Origin: Promethearchaeota archaeon
GTDB lineage: Archaea > Asgardarchaeota > Lokiarchaeia > Sigyniarchaeales > Promethearchaeaceae
DNA length: 32,000 nt
Reading direction: 5' to 3'
Assembly: GCA_016933055.1 (NCBI GenBank)
Contig: JAFGBS010000028.1
Coordinates: 30,001-62,000 of the forward strand
The notes beneath the pieces were generated by a model. It saw nothing but the letters and a program-made list of their open reading frames with translations, searched no databases and was not told the origin of the DNA. Below, piece after piece: positions 15,633-24,410 of the stretch. Position 1 is the stretch's first letter; every line of letters begins with the position of its first letter. Position numbers and translations under genes: made by a program.

Positions 15633-16586
15633 ATGCAGACTGAAGTTCAACACGTCAAACAATCCGAAGACGCTAATTTACGAATTAAAAAGCGTTATAG
15701 GGAGTTGAATAGCACAAAAGAATTAATCATCGATGATCCACGAGGATACTCAGTACAAAAAGTATCTAGTCTGGCACGTTTATTGCATGAATTTACTAGA
15801 TTTAGTAAAAAAAAGAATACAATCTGGGCAATCGCAGAGGCTGATATAACTGATGTTTTGGACAGGTTACAGGAACATAAGAAGAAAACGGGAGAATCAA
15901 TTAGTTTCACGGCTTTTTTAATTACAGTTTTCGCACGAGTTGTAGCTCTTCATAAATATCCCATGAACTCGATCATAAAAAAAGGAAAAGAGATTTATAC
16001 TTTTAATGATGTTGATTTTTCTACCAACATCGAACGAACTTTTCCGGATGGAACGAAGCGACCTATCAGCTACACCATTCGAAAAGCAAATGAGAAAACA
16101 CTACGTCAAATTAATGATGAGCTAAGCGACGCTAAAATTGCGAAACTAAAGACTGCCACCAGTACTAAGGGTAAAAAAGGATGGATTAAATGGGTGATAA
16201 AACGATTACCTAACTTTCCTCGTTGGATTCGGTATTTACTTCTGAGGAAAATGTTTAACGATCCCATTTTGAAAAAAAATTCCATGGGCACAGTTAATTT
16301 AACTGCCGTAGGAATGTTTGGGACTGGTATGGGTAAAATGATACATATAACTCCTCATACTCTTAGTATTGGAATCGGAGGCATTGATGATTTGCCTTTT
16401 GTTATCGATGGCAAAGTCGTTCCAAGAAAGAAGATAGGTATTACCTTAGCGATGGACCATGATGTTATAGATGGTGGACCGGCCACTCGATTTTTCCATG
16501 ATGTTCGCCAGTGGTTAATGTTTTTCTGTCATGAAGCCGACTGGTGTTTTAAAAGTTTGGAAAATCCACCTATAAAAACTGAATAA
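15633..16586 (+). CDS. Stand-alone 2-oxoacid dehydrogenase E2-like acyltransferase catalytic domain
   Basis: EADIT, ISFTAFLI, GTVNLTAVG and TLAMDHDVIDGGPATRF (DHxxxDG); no lipoyl or E3-binding domain. Confidence 0.82.
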   Translation: MQTEVQHVKQSEDANLRIKKRYRELNSTKELIIDDPRGYSVQKVSSLARLLHEFTRFSKKKNTIWAIAEADITDVLDRLQEHKKKTGESISFTAFLITVFARVVALHKYPMNSIIKKGKEIYTFNDVDFSTNIERTFPDGTKRPISYTIRKANEKTLRQINDELSDAKIAKLKTATSTKGKKGWIKWVIKRLPNFPRWIRYLLLRKMFNDPILKKNSMGTVNLTAVGMFGTGMGKMIHITPHTLSIGIGGIDDLPFVIDGKVVPRKKIGITLAMDHDVIDGGPATRFFHDVRQWLMFFCHEADWCFKSLENPPIKTE

Positions 16587-16716
16587 ATAGTATTATCTCT
16601 TCTCTTGTCTGTTTTTTTGGTTCTATTCTATCTTATTATTTCAATTTCAGGAATCCCCTCTATTTCTTTCTTAAGGTGAGATCATCTTACATAAAAAGGA
16701 CAACTGATAATCAAAT

Positions 16717-17622
16717 ATGAGTAGTATGTGGAAGATTAATCCTCAACCGTTTATAAAAAATAATCGCCCTCTTATTTTTGCACATCGTGGGGATAGTGCG
16801 TTAATTCCCGAGAATACGATGCATGCTTTTAAGGATGCTTATCAATTGGATATAGATTGTATCGAGACGGATGTGCATATGACCAAGGATCAAAATTTTG
16901 TCTTATTCCATGATCCCAATTTAGAGAGAACTACGGATGGAAAAGGCTCAGTCGCCGATTATACTCTATCAGAACTGAAGAACCTCGATGCTGGATATAA
17001 TTTTCAACCACAAGGGTCTAATGATTTTCCATTTAGAGCTAAGGGTTTAAAAATCCATTCACTTGAAGAGATATTACCGCTCTTTCCAAAAGTAAGGTTT
17101 AATATTGATATCAAATCTGAAAACCCATTAGCTCCTGAGATATTAGCCCAAGAATTGAAAGAATTGGGAGTAGAAGATCGTGTGTGTGTAGGATCCTTCC
17201 ATCAAAAGCAAATTCAGCGTTTTCGAAAATATTCAAAAATTGCCACGAGTGCTGGACCAAAAGAAGTACTCCGATTTCTATTGAAATTTTATCTATGGAG
17301 AAAACGGGTATCCAAGTTAATAGAAAGCAAAAAAAAGCCAATATCATATCATGATACCATAAATAACCAAAAAATGGTTTTTGGTCAAGCACTCCCCTAT
17401 TATTCGTTACAAATCCCATTACAAAAATCGATAATCAAAATTGTTACACCCCAATTTATTGAATTTGCGCATTTGGTAGGAATTGCGATTCATGTGTGGA
17501 CTATTAACGAGGCTATGGTAATGAAGAAATTGCTACAATGGAATGTTGACGGAATCTTTACTGATAAACCCCGAGTACTCATTAAAGTATGGGAACAATT
17601 ACAAAACACTTCAGAACTTTAA
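16717..17622 (+). CDS. Glycerophosphodiester phosphodiesterase (GDPD)
   Basis: FAHRG, PENT, IETDVHMTKD, FHD, NIDIK, HVWTIN, DGIFTDKP. Confidence 0.92.
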   Translation: MSSMWKINPQPFIKNNRPLIFAHRGDSALIPENTMHAFKDAYQLDIDCIETDVHMTKDQNFVLFHDPNLERTTDGKGSVADYTLSELKNLDAGYNFQPQGSNDFPFRAKGLKIHSLEEILPLFPKVRFNIDIKSENPLAPEILAQELKELGVEDRVCVGSFHQKQIQRFRKYSKIATSAGPKEVLRFLLKFYLWRKRVSKLIESKKKPISYHDTINNQKMVFGQALPYYSLQIPLQKSIIKIVTPQFIEFAHLVGIAIHVWTINEAMVMKKLLQWNVDGIFTDKPRVLIKVWEQLQNTSEL

Positions 17623-17736
17623 GATTGTGGAAGAGTTTTATTTCATACCAAGTCCTATAAGCATCTTTGCTAAATTGTCTTATTTCCGTTTAAACGAATA
17701 AATAACATTTTTCTAAAATATCAAAAACTTCTACAA

Positions 17737-19299
17737 ATGGAACCACAAAAAGTTCATGAAAGGGAAAAAGTTACTTTCCGGCACAAATTAGTGTATGGAT
17801 TAGGACAAGCTCCAGGGGCTGCGTTTGGTGGCTTTATGGGAAGTATACAGACTTTTTACTACGGTTGGATGGGTTTAAATTACAGATTCATTTTTTGGAC
17901 GCAAGTTATATATGCAATTTGGAATGTGGTTAATGATCCATTATTTGGTCATCTTCAAGATAAAACTCGTACTACCAAAGGTCGATATATCCCATGGATT
18001 AGGTGGACAGCACCATTTTTTACACTTGCCTTTATTGCTGTTTTCTTTCCGGCTCAAACTTGGGCATTCAAAGTGAGTGGGGAAAGTACCCAATGGATTT
18101 TAGCGTTGTGGTACTTAGTTACACAATTAGCCTATGATACAGGATTCACAATAATTTATATCGCTCATGTAGCCCTAGCACCTCAGATGACCATGGATGA
18201 AAAAGAACGAACTCAGATACAAATTATATCGACCTTGTTTAATATTATCATCGGTGGGATTTTCACATTTGTCCCACTAATTTTTCTTGTTGACCCCAAT
18301 TTACAAAAAATACGTATTTTTCAAATATTTGTGGTGATTGTGGGATTAATAAGTTTCATACCTTGGCCAATTCTCGTAAGAACAATCATTGAACGAAAGG
18401 AATTTATTCCTCCCAAAGAAAATCAATCCAGTTTCTGGGAAAATGTAAAACACGTATTAAAAAATCCTTCTGGACGCTCATATATCTTTTATGATGGAAT
18501 ATCTGTGTTTTTATTTAATGCAGTATTCGTAGGATTGCCCTTTACCCTTGAGTGGATATTTGGAATGAAGGAAGAATACAATCCTGGCTGGGGACTTGTT
18601 GACATCCTTCCCTATTTAGCTATACCCATCGGTGCTTTGATAATTGGTATTTTCATTCAACTCAAGATTCCAAAGCCCCGATCTGAACGGGGATTTGGAG
18701 GAGATGTGAAAACTGCATTGATGTATTCCTTAATTACACAAGCGATCGGTTCGATAATCAGTTTCCTGGGAGTACTGTTTAGTACTAATCTAAATTATTT
18801 TGAACTGAATTTACCCAATCTTGCATGGTTAATTTCTATAGGAATGGGTATTACATTCTTGGGATTTAGCGGAGATATGATTTATCACAACGTGATGAGG
18901 GCTGATACGATTGATTTTGATGAAATTTCTACAGGAGAACGCCGAGAAGCAGTCTATGCTGGCATTGGGTGCATATTTTCGAAACCTATGATAAGTGTCG
19001 CGCTGATTTCTGTGCCTTTTTTTATGTCATTATTTGGATTGGTACCCGCAGCTCCAGAAGATCCCACTAATTCCCGTCTTATTGTCGAAATGGGATTCAG
19101 AAATGCAGCCTTAGGCGTCGCACTAGGCGTTTTTTTAGTACCCGCAATAGTAGCGATCATAGGAGCTATTGCATGGAAATTCTACCCCTTGGATAAGCAT
19201 ACATTAGCAGAAATGAGGATTAGGTTGGAAAAGATGCATAAGAAAAAACGGGAAGAGCGCTTATCACAAAATGATATGGAAATTAAAAAAAGTGAATAG
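17737..19299 (+). CDS. MFS transporter, glycoside-pentoside-hexuronide (MFS_2/MelB-like) family
   Basis: WNVVNDPLFGHLQDKTRT..GRYIPW, ER and ADTIDFDEISTGERREAVYAG motifs; 12 TM segments. Confidence 0.9.
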   Translation: MEPQKVHEREKVTFRHKLVYGLGQAPGAAFGGFMGSIQTFYYGWMGLNYRFIFWTQVIYAIWNVVNDPLFGHLQDKTRTTKGRYIPWIRWTAPFFTLAFIAVFFPAQTWAFKVSGESTQWILALWYLVTQLAYDTGFTIIYIAHVALAPQMTMDEKERTQIQIISTLFNIIIGGIFTFVPLIFLVDPNLQKIRIFQIFVVIVGLISFIPWPILVRTIIERKEFIPPKENQSSFWENVKHVLKNPSGRSYIFYDGISVFLFNAVFVGLPFTLEWIFGMKEEYNPGWGLVDILPYLAIPIGALIIGIFIQLKIPKPRSERGFGGDVKTALMYSLITQAIGSIISFLGVLFSTNLNYFELNLPNLAWLISIGMGITFLGFSGDMIYHNVMRADTIDFDEISTGERREAVYAGIGCIFSKPMISVALISVPFFMSLFGLVPAAPEDPTNSRLIVEMGFRNAALGVALGVFLVPAIVAIIGAIAWKFYPLDKHTLAEMRIRLEKMHKKKREERLSQNDMEIKKSE

Positions 19300-19328
19300 A
19301 AATAAGATCAATTTAATATCTCTTTATT

Positions 19329-19919
19329 CTATCCTAACACGTATTCTATGGATAATTGATTAAAATATGGGCTTCCCGAATCTGTTGCTACCCGAAAACC
19401 AGATGCTGCCCCTGTCCATGCCCTTATTTCGTAATAATTTTCAGCACTAGTAGCATTAATATATAAACTACCCTTTGCATAATAAAAAATATCAATGACC
19501 GGATTACCAGTCGAAAATCTTTCAAAATATGCCTTTTCAGTGTTATTTTCCATTAAATAAACCCAAAAAGTCGAATCAACATCAAGAATTCCTCCAAAAA
19601 CCACAGCAAGATTGATTTTATATAATCCTGGAACAATTAAAGAAAAACGTGTGCTATTAATTACGTTGACATAATTAGTTTCCAGTACTATTTGATCCTC
19701 ATACTCAATCAGAAAATTGCTAACTGTAGTGTAAAGTGGATTATTTACCAAGTTCTCATCTAAATCCTCCCACAGTGCGACAAGCTTCAAACCTTCAGTT
19801 TCATGGGTATGATCATCTCCTCCCAAAAAGGTATCATTTACAAACATATAGCCACTCAATCCTAATCCTGCGATTGCAAGTATCGCTAAAAAAATAATTG
19901 CTCCTTTATTATTTGCCAT
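19329..19919 (-). CDS. Hypothetical single-pass membrane-anchored beta-rich protein
   Basis: N-terminal hydrophobic helix, His-containing linker, beta-strand-rich body (FSLIVPGLYKINL). Confidence 0.7.
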   Translation of the reverse strand: MANNKGAIIFLAILAIAGLGLSGYMFVNDTFLGGDDHTHETEGLKLVALWEDLDENLVNNPLYTTVSNFLIEYEDQIVLETNYVNVINSTRFSLIVPGLYKINLAVVFGGILDVDSTFWVYLMENNTEKAYFERFSTGNPVIDIFYYAKGSLYINATSAENYYEIRAWTGAASGFRVATDSGSPYFNQLSIEYVLG

Positions 19920-20169
19920 TTTCTTAAACCTTAAATTATGTTCTTAGTTTTGATTATAAACCATTCATAACAAAACAATGTGTATTAATAAATTTATAGA
20001 TTGATTTGTTAGCATGGGAGTAGTATCCCAAAATATAACTCCAGATTAGGTATGGTAGTTGCTTCGGATTATGAGGAAAAAAAGAGTGAGAAATTGGTGT
20101 AAAAAAGAAAAAAATTACTTTTGTCGTACTTGACCATCACCATCAATATGATAAAAAAACAAAAAAAAA

Positions 20170-20862
20170 TTAATCTCCCGCTTCACTAAGGATACGTGGA
20201 ATTAGTGTTCTGAAATTAGAGTTTTGGTTTATACCTTCATTTGAATCGCCTTGTTGTATTACATTTAAGATAGCAATATCCGCTCCATTGAAATAGGCAG
20301 TTCTAATTTTTTCTGGTTGTAATCCTCCTGCAACAGAAATTAACACGTCAAATTTCCCATGTACTTTAGAAATATCCCGATATCGAATAATACTCCTTGG
20401 ATTTGCTTCTTCGTCTCGACCTTTGTGAATCACTACCACATCTGGTATATTTCTTAAAGGAAGCATCCTTCGAAGCGGGTTGTGAACTCCCAGCATATCA
20501 ATTTCGCTGAACACTCTATATCGATGACAAGTTTCTGTGAAAAGATCCAGTGTTTCCGGTGGAGATGATCCAGCAGCAGTAATCATATTTGCACCTGCAC
20601 TGACAGCAAATTCAACCTCTTGTACAGCACCATCAGTCACTTTCAAATCTGCAACTAGTAAACCAGGCCACATACTCCGAATAGAGCGTACTCCTGCCAT
20701 TCCTTCTCTTTTACAGAATGGCGTCCCAGCTTCAATTATGACTCTTGGATCGTATGGAATTTGTGGGAGGACTTTACGAACTTCATACATATTATGGTTG
20801 AAAGCAATTTGAATATAACGTCTATTTGGGACCAAAGCCGTTGCCAGTCGTCTATTACTCAC
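20170..20862 (-). CDS. HUMPS / 3-hexulose-6-phosphate synthase-like (OMPDC superfamily) protein
   Basis: IIEAGTP, VADLKVTD (DxKxxD), AGANMIT, IHKG, VAGG; GTG start with GGGGGTG SD. Confidence 0.8.
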   Translation of the reverse strand: MSNRRLATALVPNRRYIQIAFNHNMYEVRKVLPQIPYDPRVIIEAGTPFCKREGMAGVRSIRSMWPGLLVADLKVTDGAVQEVEFAVSAGANMITAAGSSPPETLDLFTETCHRYRVFSEIDMLGVHNPLRRMLPLRNIPDVVVIHKGRDEEANPRSIIRYRDISKVHGKFDVLISVAGGLQPEKIRTAYFNGADIAILNVIQQGDSNEGINQNSNFRTLIPRILSEAGD

Positions 20863-20873
20863 GGCAACACCCC

Positions 20874-21656
20874 CTATTCCATGATCTTCTTAACTGCTTT
20901 TTCAAAACTACTAGGCATAAAGATTACGATCTTTTCTGAGGGATCCTGACTTATATCGCGTATCGTTTGGAGAGTACGTAACTGCAATCCTGCAGATCCT
21001 GATAAGATCTCTGCCGCCTTCCGAAGATTTTCCGCTGCTTGTAACTCACCTTCAGAAGCGATTATGACAGCCCGTTTATCTCGTTCAGCTTCAGCTTGTT
21101 TGGCCATTGCTCGTTTCATTTCTGCCGGTAGTTCTATCTCTTGTATCTTAATGCTGGAAATATCGATTCCCCAAGTATCTGTTTCTGCATCAACAATCTG
21201 TTTGATTTCTTTTGCCACCTTCTCACGTTCGGTTAGAACTCCGTCTAATTCCATATTACCTACAACATCTCGAAGAGCAGCTTGAGTGTATTGTCGTACG
21301 GCAAAAGCATAGTTTTCTATTTTGTTAATAGCATCCGCTGGACGTTGGACTTTGTAATAAACAACCGTGTTAGCTAAAACGGGTATGTTGTCACGTGTGA
21401 TAATCTCTTGGCGGGGTATATCTGCAGTTACTATACGTAGATCAACTTTACGAGCCTTTTCTAACCCGGGTATAAGATAAATTAACCCTGGACCGACTGT
21501 TCTCCGGTATCGACCGAGGCGGAAAACAACTAACCGTTCATATTCCAATACGACTTTAATTCCACCGAGAAGACAACATAGGAAAATAAACACTAAAACG
21601 CCAATTATTATTCCTATATAGCCTCCTGGTCCTATAATTTGAAACATTTTTCTCAA
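20874..21656 (-). CDS. SPFH/band-7 stomatin-like protein
   Basis: YERLVVFRLG, VDLR, PRQEIITRDN, ALRDVVG, AMAKQAEAER, LQLRTLQT. Confidence 0.93.
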   Translation of the reverse strand: MRKMFQIIGPGGYIGIIIGVLVFIFLCCLLGGIKVVLEYERLVVFRLGRYRRTVGPGLIYLIPGLEKARKVDLRIVTADIPRQEIITRDNIPVLANTVVYYKVQRPADAINKIENYAFAVRQYTQAALRDVVGNMELDGVLTEREKVAKEIKQIVDAETDTWGIDISSIKIQEIELPAEMKRAMAKQAEAERDKRAVIIASEGELQAAENLRKAAEILSGSAGLQLRTLQTIRDISQDPSEKIVIFMPSSFEKAVKKIME

Positions 21657-21825
21657 TTCTCCAATTTTGCATTATATGCAAAATGTTATGTATCTATCAC
21701 ATTTTCGAATATAAAAAAGTGGGTTCTAGGTTTTATTGAAATTTTTTATGTTTTTTATCCATCCATTCTAAAAAAATTTGGAATTTCTGATGAATTTATT
21801 TTGAGAGATATATTGCTAACACATA

Positions 21826-22779
21826 ATGAAGTTCCGTGACCAACTAAGAAATAAATTACAATCCGAAATTCCCGAAAATTTATTGCCATTATTACCCTCC
21901 GGTATCCAATTCATCAGCACCATTGCTGTATTGAATTTAAAGGAAGAACTTTACGACTATAAAATCCAGATAGGAAATGCAGTAATGACTCTAATACCCA
22001 AAACTACGGCCGTCTGGGTACGAACAGGAACTATTTCAGGACAATTTCGAACACCGGAGGGTTTGGAACATATATGTGGATCTACCGAGACAGAAGTCAT
22101 TCATACCGAGAATAAAATCCGTTATAAATTTGATTTTACAAACATTATGTTTGCCAAGGGAAATGTAACCGAACGTCAGCATTTACCGAAATTGGTTAGA
22201 CCTGGAGAAATAATCATAGACATGTTTGCTGGAATTGGATATTTCTCATTAGGGATTGCGATGTATGCGAAACCCGAACAAATTTATTCCATTGAATTGA
22301 ATCCTATCTCGTATAAATATCTGGAAGAAAACATCCGACTTAATAAACTAACTAAGAAAATCACTCCCATTCACGGAGATTGTGCAGAAGAAACTTTGAA
22401 ACTGGGAGATCATGGAATAAAAGCAGATAGGATTATAATGGGTGTATTTCCTGCTCCATATTCTTATCTAAAAGATGCGATCTCGGTAGTTAAACCAAAA
22501 AAACTTGTACCGAAAACAGACATTGAGACATTTATTGAAAATACCGAGAGTAGTTCTCATTTTGATCTTTATCCTTCTCTAAAAATGATATCGAACACAA
22601 TATTGCATTTTGAAGGTGTAGTGATAGGACGAGATTTCACAGAATTCTACCAAAATATACAAAAAGAGATCCGCCCTCTTGGATTCGATAGTGCAATCAT
22701 CGCAACGAGGTTCGTAAAATCGTTCGGACCGAAAATGTATCACGTTGTGTTAGATCTAGCAATAGGAACACAAGATTGA
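21826..22779 (+). CDS. taw2: Taw2/Trm5 (Met-10+) family class I SAM-dependent tRNA-modifying enzyme
   Basis: HTENKIRYKFD, IMFAKGNVTER, DMFAGIGYFS, IELNP, ADRIIMG. Taw2 is favoured over Trm5 by the MF..GN..ER segment. Confidence 0.75.
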   Translation: MKFRDQLRNKLQSEIPENLLPLLPSGIQFISTIAVLNLKEELYDYKIQIGNAVMTLIPKTTAVWVRTGTISGQFRTPEGLEHICGSTETEVIHTENKIRYKFDFTNIMFAKGNVTERQHLPKLVRPGEIIIDMFAGIGYFSLGIAMYAKPEQIYSIELNPISYKYLEENIRLNKLTKKITPIHGDCAEETLKLGDHGIKADRIIMGVFPAPYSYLKDAISVVKPKKLVPKTDIETFIENTESSSHFDLYPSLKMISNTILHFEGVVIGRDFTEFYQNIQKEIRPLGFDSAIIATRFVKSFGPKMYHVVLDLAIGTQD

Positions 22780-22919
22780 AGTTAATTGAAATTTTCAAAT
22801 AAAAATAGAAATTTTTCAAGTATTTTTCGTAAAATTAGAAACGTTTCCATACTTATTCACTGATCATTGGATGCAATTTTTTTTTGCTTTCATCCTAAGC
22901 GAACGCGGACCCATCAATG

Positions 22920-22927
22920 TTATAAAT
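22920..22927 (+). promoter_or_regulatory. Candidate archaeal TATA box for the MPN operon
   Basis: TTATAAAT about 115 nt upstream of ATG 23040. Confidence 0.3.
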
Positions 22928-23039
22928 ATCCAATTGTATGAAGAATCGAGGAAATAAACACCTCGAAAGAATTAAGCTTAAAGCAAAAGAAACTTCATTA
23001 CATTTTATAGTTCGATAATTCATTACACACGGTGCTGAA

Positions 23040-24410
23040 ATGACAAGGGATTCAAGCAAACAAGATCAAGAAGTATTCATTAAATGGACAGCATATCTTG
23101 ATATGATGAAGCATGTTCTTCGGTTTGGTTCCAATGCCATTCCTAAGAACAGTTGCCGGGAATGCATGGGTTTATTAATCGGTCATTTATCAGGTACAGC
23201 GAATGATAAGGGTATTCAACGAGTCATTATCGAGGTTGCAGTTCCGGTATCGCATGGAGGTAGTATTGAAGTTGCTTTTCGACCTCAAGATTATGTAGCT
23301 TTTAGTGAACTTGAAGAACAATATTTGGAACGTGGTTGGTTTACGGTCGGTTGGTATCACTCTCATCCCGGTTTAACATGTTTTTTCTCTTCCACAGACA
23401 TTATCAATCAGTTAGGTTGGCAGACTAACAATCCCAGTGCTATAGGGATTGTGTGGGATCATCAAAGACTATTCAAAAAAGGGGATATGGGATTTGAGAT
23501 GTATCGTCTTGATAATCCTGCACTGGGTCCTGCATCTGGTTACCATAAGGTGTCTTTTACGGTCGAAACACCTAATAATATAGACTATTATAGTAAATTC
23601 GCAGAGATTATAACGAGATATCAGAGTACTTTACCTCCTATATTTGAAATTAATGAAGTACCTACTATATTCAAAGAAATTCAATTCCCAAAAATTCACT
23701 TGAGACTACCCCAAAAATTTGAAGATGAAATGGGAGAATTATTCAACCAGTTTCGTTCTCTATCAGCTGAGGAATTCGAATCAGCTATTGCATTATTCAT
23801 CCACAAATTAACCACCGATCTGAACGATTATTCTCAAAGTATTGCGAGTGTTTACCAGTTTCTACTCATAAAATTACAATCTTTATTTATTAGTCTAAAT
23901 CAAGCAGTTGGTCGCATTCAGCATTGGTATACGAACAGCATTCAAGAGTTTTTACAATCATTGGACGGTAAATTAAAAAATATGCTTTCTTTTAATGATG
24001 AACAAAAATTAGAAGTACAGGGAAATCTAAATGATATCATCATAAATATCGAAGATAATCTAAATAAGGCGTTTGATAGGGAAATCAAAAAAAGTTTGAA
24101 TGAGATTGCACAAAGGATAGCAATCATCGTGGATAAATATATGAAAATTGGTGAAACTTCTCGGATTGCTGCAAGCGAGATCGCAATTCAGAAACAAGAT
24201 ACAGATGATATTTTTAATTTATTCAAACAAAAAATCGTTCAAGTGAAATCAAACGGTGTAAAAACCGTTGCAGAAACGGGTAATAACTTAAATAATGAGA
24301 TGAATGAAGTTAGTGAGAGACTATTTGGGATCGAAAGACAAATTGAAGTGATTAATAAACGAATAGGGACCATATCAAAAAATCTTAAAAAATGGAGGCG
24401 GAAACTGTGA
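23040..24410 (+). CDS. JAMM/MPN+ metalloprotease (Rpn11/CSN5-like) with long C-terminal coiled coil
   Basis: E41 in ECMGLLIG; complete JAMM motif H107-S-H109-x7-S117-xx-D120 (WYHSHPGLTCFFSSTD); helical heptad-like C-terminal half. Confidence 0.88.
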   Translation: MTRDSSKQDQEVFIKWTAYLDMMKHVLRFGSNAIPKNSCRECMGLLIGHLSGTANDKGIQRVIIEVAVPVSHGGSIEVAFRPQDYVAFSELEEQYLERGWFTVGWYHSHPGLTCFFSSTDIINQLGWQTNNPSAIGIVWDHQRLFKKGDMGFEMYRLDNPALGPASGYHKVSFTVETPNNIDYYSKFAEIITRYQSTLPPIFEINEVPTIFKEIQFPKIHLRLPQKFEDEMGELFNQFRSLSAEEFESAIALFIHKLTTDLNDYSQSIASVYQFLLIKLQSLFISLNQAVGRIQHWYTNSIQEFLQSLDGKLKNMLSFNDEQKLEVQGNLNDIIINIEDNLNKAFDREIKKSLNEIAQRIAIIVDKYMKIGETSRIAASEIAIQKQDTDDIFNLFKQKIVQVKSNGVKTVAETGNNLNNEMNEVSERLFGIERQIEVINKRIGTISKNLKKWRRKL

